Of a stretch of 64,000 bases of DNA, positions 60,139 to 64,000 are shown piece after piece. The translations under genes were made by a program, and so were the position numbers. The notes below the pieces were generated by a model, which saw only the letters and a list, made by a program, of their open reading frames with translations, made no database searches and was not told where the DNA came from. The stretch's first letter is position 1. Every line of letters begins with the position of its first letter. The DNA is from Nitrososphaerota archaeon. GTDB lineage: Archaea; Thermoproteota; Nitrososphaeria_A; Caldarchaeales; Wolframiiraptoraceae. Location of the stretch: the NCBI GenBank assembly GCA_021159365.1, contig JAGGRY010000001.1:7543-71542 (forward strand), written 5' to 3'.

Positions 60139-61776
60139 TTATTCAAAGCTTGATTCAGGTCCACCTTTCCCCGGCTTTGTCTCCTTACGTCTAGCTGCGG
60201 CGATGACGTCATCTATTCTTAGGATCATGGCCGCCGCCTCGAATCCGCTCTTCAACGCCTGCTCCTTCACTTTCAGCGGCTCTATCACTCCAACCTTGAA
60301 CATGTCTTGAACCTTTCCGGAGAATACCTCAATTCCATATCCGTGCTGTCCGCTCTCATGTTTGGTTCTAAGCTCGGTTAAGATCTCAACGGGTTCAAGA
60401 CCTGAGTTCTCGGCGAGGATTCTCGGTATCATCTCTAGGGTTTCAGCGAAGGCCAACATGGCCAGCTGTTCTTTTCCAGGATATTTTGGAGCTTCCTTCT
60501 TTATCACCGACGCCAAGGCCATTTCAGTGGCTCCTCCTCCTGGAACATATTTCATGTTCTGAATCAACGAGATTAGATTCATTATCGCATCATTCAATGC
60601 TCTCTCGGCTTCGTCTAATTGTCTCTCAAGTCCAGCTCTAATCAATATGGAGACGGATTTAGGATTCTTACAGTCTTTCACGAAGACCATCCTATCTTCT
60701 CCAATCTTCCTCTCCTCAACGACTCCCGCAGTTCCAAGATCGTTTGGAGTTAAGTCATCGAAATTAGTGACTATCTTTGCTCCAGTTGCTCTTGAGAGTT
60801 TCTCCATATCGGAGCTCTTGATCCTCCTCACGCCTAGTATTCCAGCCTTGGCCATGAAGAATTGCGCGACGTCATCTATACCCTTCTGGCATAAGACTAC
60901 GTTTGCTCCAACACTAACAACTTTATCGACCATCTCCTTCAGAATTCTGGTCTCCTCATCTAAGAACTCCTTCATCTTTAATGGGTCTCGAATCCTTATC
61001 TCTGCGCTGAACTCCGTCTTTTCGATCTCGAAGGGAGCATTTATCAAGGCTATCTTAGCGTTTACTATTCTCTTCGGCATCGCTGAGTGAACTACTTCCT
61101 TATCGATTACTACCCCATTTATGAGCTCGCTTTCAAGCAAGCTCCTACCCATCTTCTTAACTATCTGAATGTTATCCTTATCCGCGTATAGTCTTCCATC
61201 TCTCTCCTCAATTATTCTCAAGACAGCTTCCAATGCGAGATCTGCGATATGCTCTTTTGCGAATCCAAGAGATTTGCTAGCGAGAGATGTTAGCAAGATC
61301 TTCTTAAGGGTCTCTTTATCCTCAAGCTTCACCGGCTTGGCGATCTTCTCAAGATGCTGCACCGCTATATCGAGAGCTCTCTTGTATCCTGTTATGATTG
61401 TGCTCGGGTGGATCTTCTGCTCGATCAATTCCTCTGCACGCTTAAGGAGTTCTCCCGCCAAGATCACAACCGTCGTCGTTCCATCTCCCACCGTGTTATC
61501 CTGAGCCTTAGCAGTCTCTATGAGCATCTTCGCAGCAGGATGTTCAACGTCCATCTTGTCTAGGATTGTTGCTCCATCGTTCGTGACCACGACATCTCCG
61601 ATGGTGTCCACAAGTATCTTGTCCATCCCCTTAGGCCCTAAGGTCGTCCGAACGATCTCGGAGATTATCTTCGCAGCGGCTATATTATTTCTCTGAGCGG
61701 CTTTTCCCCTAGTTCTAGTAGTTCCCTCTTTCAGGACTATTACAGGCTGACCGCCAGCTCTTGAAACGTAAGCCAT
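60139..61776 (-). CDS. ths: Thermosome (group II chaperonin) subunit
   Basis: [35 protein letters not shown]. Confidence 0.97.
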   Translation of the reverse strand: MAYVSRAGGQPVIVLKEGTTRTRGKAAQRNNIAAAKIISEIVRTTLGPKGMDKILVDTIGDVVVTNDGATILDKMDVEHPAAKMLIETAKAQDNTVGDGTTTVVILAGELLKRAEELIEQKIHPSTIITGYKRALDIAVQHLEKIAKPVKLEDKETLKKILLTSLASKSLGFAKEHIADLALEAVLRIIEERDGRLYADKDNIQIVKKMGRSLLESELINGVVIDKEVVHSAMPKRIVNAKIALINAPFEIEKTEFSAEIRIRDPLKMKEFLDEETRILKEMVDKVVSVGANVVLCQKGIDDVAQFFMAKAGILGVRRIKSSDMEKLSRATGAKIVTNFDDLTPNDLGTAGVVEERKIGEDRMVFVKDCKNPKSVSILIRAGLERQLDEAERALNDAIMNLISLIQNMKYVPGGGATEMALASVIKKEAPKYPGKEQLAMLAFAETLEMIPRILAENSGLEPVEILTELRTKHESGQHGYGIEVFSGKVQDMFKVGVIEPLKVKEQALKSGFEAAAMILRIDDVIAAARRKETKPGKGGPESSFE

Positions 61777-62112
61777 CTTTCCACCTCCATTACATTATCC
61801 AATTCTATATTACCATAGGATGGTGAAGTTGAGGCAAATATAAACCTTAATTAATAATGCTGATTTTCACGAAAATATCGGGCGATCGGCGTTCTCTGGG
61901 CAGGTTTTCAGACGCCTTAGACCCATTCCTTTTCACATGCTTATTTAGCTGACACCAATCCAGCATATTTACTAACGATTAAGATGGACACATGCTCATC
62001 TATTGGAATGGGTTCTCGGCGACATGAAGAATTTTTAGGTGAAATCGATTCCTTAATGCAAGTTAGGGGGATATTGACGGAGGCAGATATCTCTCATAAA
62101 TCGGCATGATTA

Positions 62113-62364
62113 CTATTGTGAGGAGTAGTAACCGCGTAGGAGGGTTCTAGCAGCTCTCTCTATATCCTCTCTTCTCACAGTTCTCCTGCCAGCATACTGA
62201 GCTAAGCTATAAGCTTCTCTCGCTATTGCTAATCCAAGTTCCTCGAGGATTTGTCGAAGAGCCTCAGCAGCCTCCTCACTTGCCCTCGCAGCTCCAGCCT
62301 TCTTGATCAGCCTGTGGACAGGTGCTAGAGAAAGCTCGTTCGAGCCCAAGCTCAGGTTCACCAA
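62113..62364 (-). CDS. Archaeal histone
   Basis: ELSLAPVHRLIKKAGAARAS...AGRRTVRREDI. Confidence 0.92.
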   Translation of the reverse strand: MVNLSLGSNELSLAPVHRLIKKAGAARASEEAAEALRQILEELGLAIAREAYSLAQYAGRRTVRREDIERAARTLLRGYYSSQ

Positions 62365-62523
62365 GATAGCGTATCTCTTGACATATTTAATAGTTTATTA
62401 ACGGTCCTTGGTCGCCGATGATATGACTCACGGCATTTAGAGATATGCCCTCGGATGATCCTTCAGGGGAATTTTTAGAAAGTTTTATTAGAGAAGGTCG
62501 AGCAGTAGATTTGGTCTGAAGAG

Positions 62524-63348
62524 ATGTGGGAGGAAAAGATTGTATGCCCGCATTGTGGAAGGTTGACCAATAGAGCGCCATATTGCAAATATTGCGGAAA
62601 GCCGTTAAACTCATCGGATATGGAATCGCCTGAAGGAGGAGAAGAGGAATCTAAGAAAACCGAGGAGAAGATCGTGATAGAGAAGGTTAGCGAAGAGGTC
62701 TTGGAGAGAAAGCCCCCGGTTCAAGAGATCTCGGAAGAGCGTAAGATAGTTGAGCAACTTGCAAACGTGTATAATTGGAGGAATAGATTGCTTGAACTCT
62801 TCTTGAATAATGAGGCGTCAGCGGAGGTCTTCATAGACATCTACAAGGAGTATAGAAACAGGATCAAGGCGGTTAACTCTAAGAGGCTTGAGATGATAAA
62901 ATCGCTTGAAGACAGGATTAGTGAATTGAACTCGAAGCTTGAACAGCTTAAGATCAGACATGAGATAGGCGAGGTTCCAGATAAACAATACATAACCGAG
63001 AAGCTCTCAATAGATAGGGAGCTCTCCAAGATAAAGCCCAGGCTAAATATACTTCACAACGCCTTCGACGTCAAGCTCGTGGATCTTCCAGAGTATGAGG
63101 CGAAGATAAGGGAGTTTAGAGATAGGATAAGCTCTGAGGGAACCTCGAAGGGCTTAAGCGATGAAGACGTCAACATGATAGTCTCAGATCTCGATGAGAC
63201 CCTCGAATCCCTGAAAGATTTATTGGAGCTTCATAAGAAACTTAAGAGAGAGCTTGAAAAAATAGAGCTTAGATATAAAGTTGGGGAACTAACAGAAGAA
63301 GAATATCTCGCTGCCAAGCAGAAGATCGAGCGTCAGATGGAAATTTAG
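62524..63348 (+). CDS. Zinc-ribbon protein with duplicated CdvA-like coiled-coil repeats
   Basis: CPHC...CKYC; LEQLKIRHEIGEV and LEKIELRYKVGEL. Confidence 0.6.
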   Translation: MWEEKIVCPHCGRLTNRAPYCKYCGKPLNSSDMESPEGGEEESKKTEEKIVIEKVSEEVLERKPPVQEISEERKIVEQLANVYNWRNRLLELFLNNEASAEVFIDIYKEYRNRIKAVNSKRLEMIKSLEDRISELNSKLEQLKIRHEIGEVPDKQYITEKLSIDRELSKIKPRLNILHNAFDVKLVDLPEYEAKIREFRDRISSEGTSKGLSDEDVNMIVSDLDETLESLKDLLELHKKLKRELEKIELRYKVGELTEEEYLAAKQKIERQMEI

Positions 63349-63389
63349 GAACCGAATCCTTAAGTCGAGGAACAATCAATTAATCTCAC

Positions 63390-64000
63390 ATGGTTAGGGT
63401 AGTTGTGGTCGCGGTTCCTGGAGCTGGAAAGACCACGATATTAAAGAAGCTCCTCGAGAAAGTCCCTGACTTAAAGGTTGTGAACTTCGGGGACTACATG
63501 TTCGAGGAAGCCAAGAAAGGTTTCGGGATCTCTGACAGAGATGAGATGAGGAGAAGGCTGAAGCCAAGGGATTATAAGTTTCTTCAGGAGAAGGCAGCTG
63601 AAGCAATAGCGAAACTCGATGGAGACTTGATAATAGATACTCACGCGGTGATAAAGACCTCTTTCGGATATTATCCCGGCTTGCCTTCAAGGGTTGTCGA
63701 GATCTTGAACCCAGATGCGATAGTTGTCTTGGAATTTAGACCTGAAGACATACTTCAAAGGAGGCTTAAGGATCTAAAGGCGGAGGAAGGAGTGAAGCGG
63801 CTTAGAGAGATAGAGAAGATTGAAGATGTTCAAGAACATCAGGAGCTTGGAAGGGAAATGGCGATGGCCGCAGCGAATCATGTCTGCTGCTACTTTGCAT
63901 GCTTCAAGTATCTTGAGCCGCAGAAGTATCCATATCAACATGCTGAGGAAGCTGCATCGGCTTTAGCGGAGGTCGTGAAGAAATTTAGAGAGGCTGAGAG
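63390..64000 (+). CDS. adkA: Archaeal adenylate kinase; runs off the window end
   Basis: MVRVVVVAVPGAGKTT, VNFGDYM, DRDEMR, IIDTH, GYYPGLP. Confidence 0.93.
   Translation, partial: MVRVVVVAVPGAGKTTILKKLLEKVPDLKVVNFGDYMFEEAKKGFGISDRDEMRRRLKPRDYKFLQEKAAEAIAKLDGDLIIDTHAVIKTSFGYYPGLPSRVVEILNPDAIVVLEFRPEDILQRRLKDLKAEEGVKRLREIEKIEDVQEHQELGREMAMAAANHVCCYFACFKYLEPQKYPYQHAEEAASALAEVVKKFREAE

Noticed and set aside
1-64000. CRISPR arrays, transposases/integrases, inteins, and the many short antisense ORFs in the track
   Set aside because: No repeat-spacer periodicity or mobile-element/intein motifs were seen; the antisense ORFs are shadows of well-supported genes.

Overview
Archaeal chromosomal window, mostly housekeeping genes. 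The gene content (histone, DUF1512, UPF0147, UPF0182, tungsten-type AOR, archaellum, cdc6) suggests a thermophilic TACK lineage such as Aigarchaeota/Caldarchaeales; this is an inference. It holds about 58 CDS and a probable replication origin with ORB boxes upstream of cdc6/orc1. It also holds an archaellum locus (divergent arlB, arlG-F-H-I-J, an ArlC/D/E-like gene, a V4R-like gene) and a non-oxidative pentose phosphate cluster. RNA genes are SRP RNA, a stand-alone 5S rRNA, a C/D box sRNA, and intron-containing tRNA-Tyr(GTA) and tRNA-Gly(TCC). I saw no CRISPR array or intact mobile element. The most unusual signal is the 43-nt tRNA-Tyr intron, which carries two adjacent antisense blocks against its own D-loop and variable loop that compete with the splice motif. 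Other leads are a V4R-like gene heading the archaellum motor operon, a membrane-bound ArsR regulator facing a surface-protein gene across palindromes, a TrmB/UPF0182/membrane-Hsp20 unit behind the thermosome, and a zinc-ribbon protein with duplicated CdvA-like repeats. Product calls come from motif recognition by eye; no database searches were run.
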